Of a stretch of DNA of 47,469 nucleotides, positions 34,813 through 44,262 are shown piece after piece. The notes below the pieces were generated by a model that saw only the letters and a program-made list of their open reading frames with translations, did not search any database and was not told the DNA's origin. The DNA is from a virus. Taxonomy: Duplodnaviria; Caudoviricetes. The stretch's first letter is position 1; every line of letters begins with the position of its first letter. The stretch is taken from the IMG/VR virus record IMGVR_UViG_3300038312_000391, positions 1 through 47,469 of that record. One strand, given 5' to 3'. A program made the translations under genes and the position numbers.

Positions 34813-35839
34813 TTTCACAACTATCGCGGCGCTCATTGGGCGGCCGGGGAAGATTTTGCTGACGCCTGCCGATCTCGGTGCATTTCCGCATCCGTTTGTC
34901 GAAAACGGCCTTCTTGTTGAAGCTGGACGGGCCGATTGCGTTTCATGCCCGTGCGGCGGCGGTCATTTTGAGACGGTGACACGCGACCTTGTCGGCGGGA
35001 AGACAAAGTATTCCGTTTATTGTCCGGAGAGTGGCGAACTGTACGATATTTCCGCCGACGATCTGCGTCTTTGGACAATCAGCATCCCCGCAATCATGCA
35101 AGAGATCCAACGCCGTTTTCAATGCTCCGGCGAACCGGTTGAACGGGCTTGCGGCCTCTGGTATCTCGGTGAAAGCCAGTGTGCGGTCGCAGGTTTCCGG
35201 CGGCAGATATTTTTCACGGAGAGGCTGACTGCGGAAGTCGACACGGCATTGCCGGAAGGCTCGACGCAGATTTTGATAATCGGCGAAGAAAACCCGGCTT
35301 CGACTGCAAAATTCAAGGATCGCGTATTCCAGATGCACGAACTGTTCCGGCTTGACGATGACGGGATTTCTTTCGATATGGATCGGATAGCCGAACGCTG
35401 CTGCAATATGGTTCAGGAAAGGAAATCGCTTGTCGTTCCCAAGAACGCCAAGCAGAAGTCGCGCGAGGAGATTATCAAGGATTTCCTCAAAGAACGGATA
35501 ATGACTCTTCGGGACGCATATTGGAATGCTGTAAAACGGGATAAGAAATTTAAACTGCCGAAGCGACCATCCTGCGCGGAAATAGCGGCATACATCAAAA
35601 TCGAGACACACGGATCGCAGACTCCGAACCAATCCACGGTAAACCGCACCATCGCCAACAGCACCGACAAGGAGTTGCTTGATCTTTGGACTCACATGGA
35701 AGATATCAACACAATCCGGGACTATCACCGAAAGAAAAAGAGAGCCGTGATTCGGGATGGCGGCGACGAGGAGTATTTTTCGGAAAGATTCGGACAGACC
35801 GCTCCGGAACCGCCAGGCAGCGGTTTTCATATGGTGTAA
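34799..35839 (+). CDS. Hypothetical protein with Cys/His cluster and C-terminal HTH-like segment
   Basis: CPCGGGH...YCPE; PSCAEIAAYI...NQSTVNRTI; TTG start uncertain; overlaps the upstream gene. Confidence 0.72.
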   Translation: MRRLDFTTIAALIGRPGKILLTPADLGAFPHPFVENGLLVEAGRADCVSCPCGGGHFETVTRDLVGGKTKYSVYCPESGELYDISADDLRLWTISIPAIMQEIQRRFQCSGEPVERACGLWYLGESQCAVAGFRRQIFFTERLTAEVDTALPEGSTQILIIGEENPASTAKFKDRVFQMHELFRLDDDGISFDMDRIAERCCNMVQERKSLVVPKNAKQKSREEIIKDFLKERIMTLRDAYWNAVKRDKKFKLPKRPSCAEIAAYIKIETHGSQTPNQSTVNRTIANSTDKELLDLWTHMEDINTIRDYHRKKKRAVIRDGGDEEYFSERFGQTAPEPPGSGFHMV

Positions 35840-36167
35840 CCTTCAGCTGTTTTGCCAAGGACTTGAATTGTCGCATTTTCGACTGCAGGACTTGTTTTTT
35901 ATTCATTCCACCAACCATGATGATATTTTTTTGAGCTTGATGCTTTTCGCAAGTACTCAGGTCGATGACGATGCTCGTATGATTTTATCCATAGCGGAAC
36001 GGTATTTTCCCCGACCACCGCAGGACTCGGTCTGAATGGAACGGAGAAAACGGAGAAAGAAACGGCAGATTTTGCCGGAATCCGTACCGGAGAAGCATTC
36101 TCCGTCCGGCGCGAAGGGGAGTGCTTTCACGCTCGCAAACGCCCTGACACAAGGGCTTTACAACACA

Positions 36168-36226
36168 AAGGACAGGATTGTTAAAATCCTGTCCTTCAGC
36201 GACTTAAATACTAAAATGGTGGAGGT
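36168..36226 (-). other. Candidate att junction: tRNA/tmRNA 3'-end-like fragment plus hairpin
   Basis: Minus strand ACCTCCACCA (36226-36217) followed by TTTT; perfect 12-bp IR AAGGACAGGATT/AATCCTGTCCTT at 36168-36196. Confidence 0.45.
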
Positions 36227-36352
36227 TGTTTAATTAAACCGCAATTATTCTCTGCCATTGCAACGGATTGAGGATTAACGGATTGCGATTCTCCGTTTTT
36301 TCAGAGGTACAAGCATTGCATTATAGGCTGCTTCGAATTGGTGAAGTGAGCG

Positions 36353-37561
36353 TCAGCGGACGGGCGGCGTTTGCGCCGCCCAATCGCATCCCTCGCCGTG
36401 GACGAACTCCGCCCAGCGGCGACGGATCACGTCGCAGTATTTCGGATCGAGTTCCATTGTCCGGCAGACACGCCCGGTCTGTTCGCAAGCGATGAGAGTA
36501 CTGCCCGATCCGCCAAATGTGTCGAGCACGATCTCGCCGCGCTCCGAGCTGTTTTTCACGAGGTAGACCAGCATCTCGACCGGCTTCATGGTCGGGTGAA
36601 CATCATTCTGCTTGGGTTTGTTAAATTCCAGAATATTGGTCTGGCAGCGGTCGGAATACCAACTATGCGCCGCACCGGGCTTCCAACCGTAGAGAATCGG
36701 CTCCGATCTATAATGATAGTCCAGCCGCCCCAGCACCAGCGAGTTTTTTACCCAATACAACGTCTCATGAACCGGCAGGTTCACATCCCGGCATGCCCCT
36801 CGGAAATTGTAGGATTCCGAATCCGAATGAAAAAAGTAGAATGCCGCGCCGGGCTTCATGAAGTCGGCATTGTTCTGATACGCCGCCCGAAGAAACTCCC
36901 GGAACTGCCCATCGCCCATGTCGTCATTCTGGATGGTCAGCCCGTTGCCGCCCTGGTAGGCGACGTTGTATGGCGCATCGTTCAAAGCGAGGTCGGCTCG
37001 GGCTTCGCCCATCAGCTTCGACACGTCCTCGGCGCTAGTCGCGTCACCGCACATCAAGAGATGGCTACCCAAGCGGTAGACTTCGCCACGCTTGCTGATT
37101 GGCTCCTCCGGCGCTTCGGGAACGGCATCGGGATCGGTCTCGCCAGCCATGACCGTATTCTCCATATCGCCGTTCAGGAGCTTGTCGAGTTCCTCGGTGT
37201 CGAAACCCAAGAGCGAAAGGTCGAAGTCCGCTTCCTGCAGTTCCCGGAGTTCGAACGGCAGCAGTTCGTAGTTCCATTCCGCGATCTCGGCGGTCTTGTT
37301 GTCGGCGATGCGGTAGGCGCGAATCTGCTCCGGCGTGAGGTTGTCGGCGACATGCACCGGCACTTCTTCCAAACCGAGCAGCATGGCACTTTTTAGTCTT
37401 GTGTGACCACAGATTACAACATGGTCTTTATCCACGACAATCGGCGCTCGCCAACCGAACTCTTTGATGGAATTGGCGACCGCCTCCACCGCGCCGTCGT
37501 TGATGCGCGGGTTCTTGTCGTAAGGGCGGATGTCCGTGATTTTCATATTGGTGATTTTCAT
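36353..37561 (-). CDS. ParB-like domain-DNA methyltransferase fusion (copy 2, DAPY variant)
   Basis: Homolog of 16120..17349; NDAPYN, HPTMKP and LDTFGGSGST motifs; AAGGA RBS before ATG 37561. Confidence 0.9.
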   Translation of the reverse strand: MKITNMKITDIRPYDKNPRINDGAVEAVANSIKEFGWRAPIVVDKDHVVICGHTRLKSAMLLGLEEVPVHVADNLTPEQIRAYRIADNKTAEIAEWNYELLPFELRELQEADFDLSLLGFDTEELDKLLNGDMENTVMAGETDPDAVPEAPEEPISKRGEVYRLGSHLLMCGDATSAEDVSKLMGEARADLALNDAPYNVAYQGGNGLTIQNDDMGDGQFREFLRAAYQNNADFMKPGAAFYFFHSDSESYNFRGACRDVNLPVHETLYWVKNSLVLGRLDYHYRSEPILYGWKPGAAHSWYSDRCQTNILEFNKPKQNDVHPTMKPVEMLVYLVKNSSERGEIVLDTFGGSGSTLIACEQTGRVCRTMELDPKYCDVIRRRWAEFVHGEGCDWAAQTPPVR

Positions 37562-37723
37562 AGAAGCAACATTCCTTTTGTTGGGGTAAATTTGCGTTAC
37601 GGGGCGCGCTGTCGCGAGGCGTCGCCGGGGTCGGTTTTCCGCCCCATCCGGCAAAGCCGCAACATATTGCGCCACAGGGCATAGTATTTTTTTAGCGTCT
37701 GCAAGCAAGTGTGCTTATAACGC

Positions 37724-37776
37724 CGAGTCCTTCCCGCGCCCTCTCCGAGATAGGCCCCCAGGGGGGAACCGCTCGA
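37724..37776. other. Candidate DNA packaging site, copy 2
   Basis: CGAGTCCTTCCCGCGCCCTC...GGGGGAACCGCTCGA, matching 17459-17510. Confidence 0.5.
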
Positions 37777-37964
37777 GGCCGAGGAAGCCTGATCTCTCCT
37801 GCCACGACGCGATTTGAACGGCTTCCCGTCGGCCACAACGCGCGACGTTGCGGAGGCAGCGTCATTGCTTAGCCTGACAACATCGCGCGACAGGACGCGT
37901 CCCTGCGCATTGCCGGAAAGCAGTGGTCAGCGACCTTTCCATAGGAGGCGGCAATGAAAAACCG

Positions 37965-38165
37965 CATTCGGATCGCACGCGCGATATACACGCAAAACAG
38001 CCATTTTTACTACATACCCATATACTCTCTCCTAACTATATATATTTAATGATATATATTTTATTATTAGATATTTAGACGTTCGGAAAAAGGTTCGGAA
38101 AAGGTTCGGAACTTCGGACTCTTTTTCTTTCCATGTTTGGAGAATCCGCAAATTTCCGAACGGCT
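37965..38165. repeat. Candidate replication origin, copy 2
   Basis: TTCGGA at 38082, 38094, 38105 and 38113 after an AT-rich tract; adjacent to the primase stop. Confidence 0.6.
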
Positions 38166-40588
38166 CACATAACCTTTTTCCGTACCTTCGCGAGGTGCGG
38201 CGGCGGATAGAGCACCTTGAACCGATTACCCTCGAAATTGACCCATTGCCGCTCGCACAGTTCCAGCAGCAGATCTTGCCGCTGCTTTGCGGTGGTCCCG
38301 CTGCCGCTTGCCTTGCGCGATATCTCGCTTACCAGGAGGCCGCTGCCCCGGTCGTGGTCGCGGACGATCTCGAACAGCCGCTTCAGACGATGCTCGACCT
38401 CGCGGGAGTTGCCGACATCCTCGCTCACGCCGGTCAGCATCTGCTCCGCTTGATTGAAGAACCAGAGGACCATCAGCCGCGCCCGTTCACGGGCGTTGTC
38501 GGTGATGACGACGCTTTCGCCCTGCGTCTTGACGGAGTGGGTGACGGAGAGCATGACCATGAAACGAGGATAATACTCGTTGCAGAGCCGTCGCCACGAA
38601 GGGTTCAGCTTCGGGTCGCAGTTGCCGAGGAACATCTGCTGAAGGCTGTCGGAATAGTCCTCCTCCAGCTCGACGACTCCGCGCTTCCGCAGGAACACCT
38701 CGACGATCACCCGCATCTCCTCCATCATCTTGCGGCTGTCGAATTTCGCCGGGTTGCCGTAATGCTCCATCATCTTGACGAAGAGGAAGCGACCGAGGAA
38801 TCCGGTGTATATGTCCTGCAACCTCACCATCTGATCGAACACGTTCGGCTGGATGTTCGCTATGATGTTCGGGCAGCAGTAGTCGACCCGGCGGCTCGAA
38901 CCGCCGCGCCCCCGGTCGGAGAAGCTCTGGTTGTAGTAGCCTTGCCCGAACGCCTCGGTGAGGAAGCCGGTCGCCTTGTTCTGCCAATGATGCGGGTCGA
39001 GCCAGTTCGCCAGCTCGGAGATGCTCAGGAGGCCGTTGGGTTTCTTGGTGAGCGCGTAGGCCAGCCCCTCGGCGCTGCCGGAGGTGCCGAGATCCCAATC
39101 GGCGACGATGTTCTCGCCGTCGGCGCAGCGGACGTCGGGATTGTGCATCCGCGAGAATTTCCCGATCAGGTTGCCAATATCCTTGCCCGAGGCGGAGTTC
39201 GCCGCGATCATGCCGTAGACGTTGCAGACTTGGCCGCCAGCAGTGTTGATCTTCAGCTTCGCCCGGTCCGCCCCGAGCAGCACCGCCGCGCCAAGGTTGC
39301 CGCCATAGCGCCGTTGCAGCTCCTCGCTCGAAGCTTCGCCGGTCAGACTGCAACCCGCCGTCACCAGCGCCTTCATCAGCGCCCCCTCGAGCGGCAAGGG
39401 CGGACGCGACACCGAGGCGTAGAGCGCCGCCAGCTCGCCGAGGAACGTCCCGGCGAGCGCCTGTCGGATGTCGGCGGTGGAGACCTGCCGCCACGGGCGG
39501 ACGATCTCCGGCTCGTCGGGGACGACGATCTCCGTCTTGGGCGACGCGAGAATGCCGGAGAAGTCGACGCCGGGATCGGGCTTCGGCGCGTCGTAGCAGC
39601 CCGGTTCGAGCAGTTCGCGGAGTTCGCGCCAGTCCTTTCCGGCGCAACCGTTGTGATGGCAGCGGAAGGACACAGCGCCGGAGCCATGCTCGATCAGCAC
39701 TGCCGATTTGTCGGTGTGGTCGGGGTTGAACGGGCAGACGGGGAAGAGCCACCGCCTGCCGTCCTTCCAAGGGCGCGAGGCTCCAAGTTCGGGGCAGCGA
39801 GCGGCGATCCAACCGTCGAGGTCGAACGCCGATCCGGTTTCCGCGACGATGGAGGGCTGGGCTGGCGGAGCGATAATCGCCTCCAGCAACCCGCGCGGCA
39901 CGATCTCGGCGCATTCCGGCGCGAAGACGATCTTCGCCATGCGGTGCGGACGCTCGTCGGTGTGGTCGCCCTTGCAGTTCATGGTGCCGGGTAAACGCCA
40001 AATGCGGGCCGGATTATGAACCGAAAGGTCGATTTTCACCTGTTCATCACCGGCCACGGCGATCTCCGCGAGGAACTTTTGAACCAGTTGGTCGTCCTTC
40101 GCCGGAAGGTCGACGGCGTAGAGCAGTTGCGCCCCGTTGCCACTGTCGATCATGACGGGTTCGGGCCAGCCGAGCTGCGCCAGTCCGGCTTTGATCTCTT
40201 GCGCTTTTTTCTGCGCGGCTTCGTGTTCCACGGCATCGCTCGAAATCCCGGCGGGGCGCTCGGCGTCGCAGTCGATGGGAAGCCAGCGGCGACATGGGAT
40301 GTCGGCATCGGTCGTGGTGGGTTCACGTCCTACGCTGCGGATGCGGTTCTTCGCCCGTGCCAGCAACGCCGGGTTCACGGGATTGAGCGTGACGTATACG
40401 CCTCGGCAGGCACGAAGCCTTGACAGCGCTTTCGGCACGTCATCGATATGTTCGTAATCGAAGTAGCCCGATTCGACATGTGGCCGCATATAATCGGCAG
40501 TCACCGCGTCGAGCGCCCTGATTTCAAACACGTCGCCGGGGCGGAACCACAAACGAAGCGCGTTTATGATTTCAGATTGATCAATCAT
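38165..40588 (-). CDS. Primase-polymerase/helicase-like replication protein (copy 2)
   Basis: IDCD, DSGNG, NPARIWRLPGT, CPF..DH and ANSASGKD motifs; homolog of 18993..21470. Confidence 0.8.
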   Translation of the reverse strand: MIDQSEIINALRLWFRPGDVFEIRALDAVTADYMRPHVESGYFDYEHIDDVPKALSRLRACRGVYVTLNPVNPALLARAKNRIRSVGREPTTTDADIPCRRWLPIDCDAERPAGISSDAVEHEAAQKKAQEIKAGLAQLGWPEPVMIDSGNGAQLLYAVDLPAKDDQLVQKFLAEIAVAGDEQVKIDLSVHNPARIWRLPGTMNCKGDHTDERPHRMAKIVFAPECAEIVPRGLLEAIIAPPAQPSIVAETGSAFDLDGWIAARCPELGASRPWKDGRRWLFPVCPFNPDHTDKSAVLIEHGSGAVSFRCHHNGCAGKDWRELRELLEPGCYDAPKPDPGVDFSGILASPKTEIVVPDEPEIVRPWRQVSTADIRQALAGTFLGELAALYASVSRPPLPLEGALMKALVTAGCSLTGEASSEELQRRYGGNLGAAVLLGADRAKLKINTAGGQVCNVYGMIAANSASGKDIGNLIGKFSRMHNPDVRCADGENIVADWDLGTSGSAEGLAYALTKKPNGLLSISELANWLDPHHWQNKATGFLTEAFGQGYYNQSFSDRGRGGSSRRVDYCCPNIIANIQPNVFDQMVRLQDIYTGFLGRFLFVKMMEHYGNPAKFDSRKMMEEMRVIVEVFLRKRGVVELEEDYSDSLQQMFLGNCDPKLNPSWRRLCNEYYPRFMVMLSVTHSVKTQGESVVITDNARERARLMVLWFFNQAEQMLTGVSEDVGNSREVEHRLKRLFEIVRDHDRGSGLLVSEISRKASGSGTTAKQRQDLLLELCERQWVNFEGNRFKVLYPPPHLAKVRKKVM

Positions 40589-40835
40589 TCGCGTCGTCCA
40601 CCTCGATATTTTTGAGAAAGCGGATCGCCGTCGCGGCGGTGTGGACGGCCTCGGTAATCATCGGCTGTTTCGAGACTTTGCCTTCGCGGTGGTTCAACGC
40701 CGCCTGCAGGCATTCCCCGGCCTCTTCGGCGATGATCGCCGCCTGATGGATGTGATCCCGCGGCCAGACGGGGTGGATTTTTTCGGCGCGGTCGCATTCG
40801 GCCATGACCAGCGCCAGTGCGGTTTCAAGTTTCAT
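40581..40835 (-). CDS. MazG-like all-alpha protein (copy 2)
   Basis: IAEEAGEC...EAVHTAATAIRF; AAGGAG RBS. Confidence 0.6.
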   Translation of the reverse strand: MKLETALALVMAECDRAEKIHPVWPRDHIHQAAIIAEEAGECLQAALNHREGKVSKQPMITEAVHTAATAIRFLKNIEVDDAND

Positions 40836-40852
40836 GATGGGGATCTCCTTGC

Positions 40853-43621
40853 TTAAAATGGTATTTCATCGTCATCGAAGTCGTTGTCCGGCTGCCAATC
40901 CCCGCCATCGTTCCATCCGGGTTCGGGGGCGTATTCGGGGCGCGGCTTCAACCGCCAACCGGTTATACGGTCGAACTTCTCGCCCGCCACCGTTTTCACG
41001 GTGATGGATTCCGGCTCGGCGAGCGCGCCTTGCTGCGCCAATGCAGCGGCTTCGCGTGCGGTCGAGGGGATCGGCGTTCCAATGGCGCACCGTTCCCGCC
41101 ACCACTTCACGAATTTGTCGCGGGCGTAGCCGGTGTGCTCCGGGCAGATCCACTCGCTTTTGAATTCGTCGAAGCCGACCCGGTAGTCGATGCGGACGGT
41201 TTTCGGCGTGCCGGGGTCGGCATAGCGTTTCTCGTGGACGGCGTAGAACACCTCCGACACCTCATGGTCAGTGTAGTCGATCTGCCCTGACAACACCCCG
41301 GCGGTCGAAGCGCTCTGTTTGAGGTTGCTCCGTTCCGGCGGCGGGAACTCGTAGCCGCAGTCGGGGCATGTGCGGTACGCCGCGTGGATCAGCGCCTGAC
41401 ATTCGGGACAGGTTTTCGCCGGGGCATCGCCGCCGCCGGGAGTCTTGTCCTTGACGGCGATCATATCCAGTGGTCCGTGCCGGAGGATGTTTTCGCCGTA
41501 GTCGAGAATAAGGCAGTTCTCTTTTTCCGTCTCGGGTGAAAGCCGGGTGCCGCGCCCCGCCATCTGCACCAGCAGCCCCGCTGAATTGGTCGGGCGGAGC
41601 AGCACCACGCAGTCGGTGTTGGGCGCGTCGAAGCCGGTGGTGAGAACGTTCACGTTAGCCAGAAACTTCAGCGGCTTCTTGAAGCTGAAGAAATCGTCCG
41701 GCACCAGCTCGCCCTTGAACCGGGCGATCAATTCGGCGCGTTCGCCGGGTGGCGTATCGCCGGTGACCATGGCGCATTCCATGCCGGAATATCCCGCGAT
41801 CTTTTCGGCGACATGGCGACAATGCTCGACTGAGGTTGTGAAGATCAGCACCGATTTGCGGTTGCGGGTCAGATCCACGATTTCGCGACAGGCGGAAGAA
41901 ACCAGCTCGTCGGTATCCATCGCGGCTTCAATCTCATCGGCGATGAACTCACCGCCACGGACGTGAAGCCCGTCCAGCTTCGCCGCCGTCCGCCCCGCTT
42001 TGGAAAGTAACGGCGAGAGATAGCCCTGAACGATCATCTCTTTCAGGCCCGCCTCGTAGCAGACCTCGTTCAGCAGATTGCCAGGCTGACAAATCAGCCC
42101 ACCCTTGAGCCGATACGGCGTCGCGGTCAGCCCGATCAGCCGCACGTTCGGGTTGACCACCCGCATGTCGTTGAGGAATGTCCGGTACATCCCGTCACCA
42201 TCGGGGGCGATCAAATGCGCTTCGTCGATCAGCACCAGATCGAACGCGCCGAGGTCACATGCTTTGTCGTAGACGCTCTGAATCCCGGCGACGATCACGC
42301 TTTCGCGAGTGTCGCGGGACTTCAGCCCGGCGGAGAATATCCCCACCCGGATATCGGGGCAGAGCTGCCTGATCTTCTCGGCGTTCTGCTCCAACAGCTC
42401 CTTGACGTGAGCGAGAATCAGCACCCGCCCACTCCAATTCATCACCGCGTCCCGGACGATTTTCGCGATGACCACCGACTTGCCCGTGTTATGATGAACC
42501 ATGAAGTGCCCGTCCACATAAAGGTGATCGCCATCCAACTCGAAGCCATAGAAATCATCTTCCGGGAGTTCCTCCACGGAGAATCCCGTCCGCAAGACAT
42601 TTTTTTTCTGCTCTCTCTTCTTAAAGACATGCCGCTTGCGGCGGCACGGGATCAGCGCAAGATCTCCCGAAATGTGCGTCCGGTAATACCATCCCCCCGC
42701 TCCGGTCTGACACGCGGCGTACTTCTCCGTGCAGTTTGCCATGAATCCAAGACTCCTGGCAAGAAACACGATGTCGCCCGCAAGTTCAATGGATTTGCTT
42801 GTGATTTCCAAGCAATGGCCATCGTAAAAACCATCGCTATCCAACAGTCCCGCCAGCAGTTGCAGCCGGTCGGCGCGGCTCGCCGTCAGGTATTCATGCG
42901 GAATGAACTTGTTGTGAGAACGATGACCATACAGCCCAATCGCATGAAGTTGCTCGATCAAAGGATTGCTCTCCCCTTTGTTCATCACAGCATGATAAGT
43001 AGGAACCCCGCAGTCATTTTCAGAAATACGGACGGAACAGTTGAGGCTCTCGGCATATCGGGTGAATTCATCCCCCAGCTCTTCATCGGCGCTGGTCAAT
43101 GCGGCTACCCCTGTCAAGGTTCCGTCTCCCAGCAACAAGCCGAGGATATGTGGAGGAATCGGCAAGTCCCGAGGCTGCGCGAACTCCACCGGAACGCGAT
43201 AGAGTTTTCGCAGATGTCTCCATGATTTTGCTTTTTCCAGATATTCGCGGACGGTGATATTGGTGATTTCACCGCCTCTTTGACAACTGAGGAAATTTCC
43301 TTTCCCCTCGTTGGTGCTGACCAGCGACAGGATATGGCTCATGTTCACTACAAACGATTCTCCTTTGACGGGGGCGATGCGAGCCATCTTCTCCCGCCCC
43401 CGTGCCAATCTCAAAACACGCCTCGGGGAGGAATCCGGCCCCATGACAAACTCGCCGACTTCGATATCTTGAATTTTTCTGACGCTTCCGTCAAACATCA
43501 ATATCGGGTGGTTCTTCGCATGGCAACCGGTCGGCAAGACGATGCACGGGTTGTTCTCCTTGCCGCGCAGGTGTTCATAGACCGCATCGACAGCGGCTTG
43601 CTGATAGGGTCTTAATTTCAT
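40853..43621 (-). CDS. SF2 DEAH-box helicase interrupted by an intein (copy 2)
   Basis: Walker A split as LPTG|intein|TGKS; the remainder is collinear with 24382..26136. Confidence 0.93.
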   Translation of the reverse strand: MKLRPYQQAAVDAVYEHLRGKENNPCIVLPTGCHAKNHPILMFDGSVRKIQDIEVGEFVMGPDSSPRRVLRLARGREKMARIAPVKGESFVVNMSHILSLVSTNEGKGNFLSCQRGGEITNITVREYLEKAKSWRHLRKLYRVPVEFAQPRDLPIPPHILGLLLGDGTLTGVAALTSADEELGDEFTRYAESLNCSVRISENDCGVPTYHAVMNKGESNPLIEQLHAIGLYGHRSHNKFIPHEYLTASRADRLQLLAGLLDSDGFYDGHCLEITSKSIELAGDIVFLARSLGFMANCTEKYAACQTGAGGWYYRTHISGDLALIPCRRKRHVFKKREQKKNVLRTGFSVEELPEDDFYGFELDGDHLYVDGHFMVHHNTGKSVVIAKIVRDAVMNWSGRVLILAHVKELLEQNAEKIRQLCPDIRVGIFSAGLKSRDTRESVIVAGIQSVYDKACDLGAFDLVLIDEAHLIAPDGDGMYRTFLNDMRVVNPNVRLIGLTATPYRLKGGLICQPGNLLNEVCYEAGLKEMIVQGYLSPLLSKAGRTAAKLDGLHVRGGEFIADEIEAAMDTDELVSSACREIVDLTRNRKSVLIFTTSVEHCRHVAEKIAGYSGMECAMVTGDTPPGERAELIARFKGELVPDDFFSFKKPLKFLANVNVLTTGFDAPNTDCVVLLRPTNSAGLLVQMAGRGTRLSPETEKENCLILDYGENILRHGPLDMIAVKDKTPGGGDAPAKTCPECQALIHAAYRTCPDCGYEFPPPERSNLKQSASTAGVLSGQIDYTDHEVSEVFYAVHEKRYADPGTPKTVRIDYRVGFDEFKSEWICPEHTGYARDKFVKWWRERCAIGTPIPSTAREAAALAQQGALAEPESITVKTVAGEKFDRITGWRLKPRPEYAPEPGWNDGGDWQPDNDFDDDEIPF
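42488..43525 (-). mobile_element. Intein (346 aa) with LAGLIDADG homing endonuclease
   Basis: Starts CHAKNHPILMFDG; block B VNMSHIL; LGLLLGDG and LLAGLLDSDG motifs; ends FYGFELDGDHLY...HHN followed by Thr. Confidence 0.95.
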
Positions 43622-43650
43622 AAAAGTTCCTTGTTTTTACTGTCACGGTA

Positions 43651-43698
43651 TTGACATTGCGTTACATTGCGCTATTTTATATATAGGGTATAACGCAA
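43651..43698 (+). promoter_or_regulatory. Promoter/operator of dinJ-yafQ
   Basis: TTGACA (43651)-16 bp-TATTTT (43673); ACATTGCG twice; IR TTGCGTTA (43657)/TAACGCAA (43691). Confidence 0.55.
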
Positions 43699-43708
43699 GG
43701 AGGCTGCG

Positions 43709-43984
43709 ATGAGCACCGCAAATCTTAGTGTTCGGGTTGATGCCGAATTAAAAAAAGACGTCGAGACATGCCTTGATGAGATGGGGTTGAATATGTCCAC
43801 CGCCATAAACATGTATTTGAAGCAGATCGTCAAACGCCGCGCCATTCCTTTTACGGTTTCCGCGAATCCAGTCCCCAACAAGGAGACCCTTGCCGCAATC
43901 GAAGAGGGAATGCGAATCGCCAATGACCCCAATGTCAAGGGGTATCGGGATATGGCGAGTTTGATCGAGGCTTTGAACTCATGA
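43709..43984 (+). CDS. dinJ: RelB/DinJ family antitoxin
   Basis: LSVRVDAELK...GLNMSTAINMYLKQIV...IPF...PNKETLAAIEE; AGGAGG RBS. Confidence 0.92.
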   Translation: MSTANLSVRVDAELKKDVETCLDEMGLNMSTAINMYLKQIVKRRAIPFTVSANPVPNKETLAAIEEGMRIANDPNVKGYRDMASLIEALNS

Positions 43985-44262
43985 AATATGAAGTCAAGTT
44001 CACCTCCAAATTCAAAAAAGACTTCAAGCTTGTCAAAAAACGCAATCTTGACATCGACAGGCTTTATAAAGTCATCGAAATGATTTCCGACGGGTTGCCG
44101 TTGCCGGAAGAATACCATGACCATCCGCTTGTCGGGAACTACAAGGGAGCCAGAGAGTGCCATATCAGGCCGGACTGGCTTCTGATTTACAGCGTCTACG
44201 AGAATATTCTCGTTTTGGAACTGATGCGCACCGGCTCCCATAGCGATCTGTTTAAGTCCTGA
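43981..44262 (+). CDS. yafQ: YafQ family mRNA interferase toxin
   Basis: FKKDFK...DHPL.G...RECHIRPDWLLIY...RTGSHSDLF. Confidence 0.95.
   Translation: MKYEVKFTSKFKKDFKLVKKRNLDIDRLYKVIEMISDGLPLPEEYHDHPLVGNYKGARECHIRPDWLLIYSVYENILVLELMRTGSHSDLFKS

Larger units (their letters stand above)
1..36230 (-). mobile_element. Prophage element 1 (siphovirus-like, large serine recombinase type); left end lies outside the window
   Basis: Contiguous regulation, recombinase, replication, packaging, head and tail modules in phage order. The right boundary is inferred from the tRNA-3'-like junction near 36217-36226. Confidence 0.9.

Noticed and set aside
36200-36300. Complete tRNA or tmRNA gene
   Set aside because: Only a ~10-nt 3'-like fragment; no T-arm GTTCGA or cloverleaf upstream.
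36371-43225. Long plus-strand ORFs (36371..37396, 38195..39994, 42215..43225) and minus-strand 38487..40001
   Set aside because: Shadow frames of GC-rich genes; low-complexity or motif-free and not conserved in element 1.
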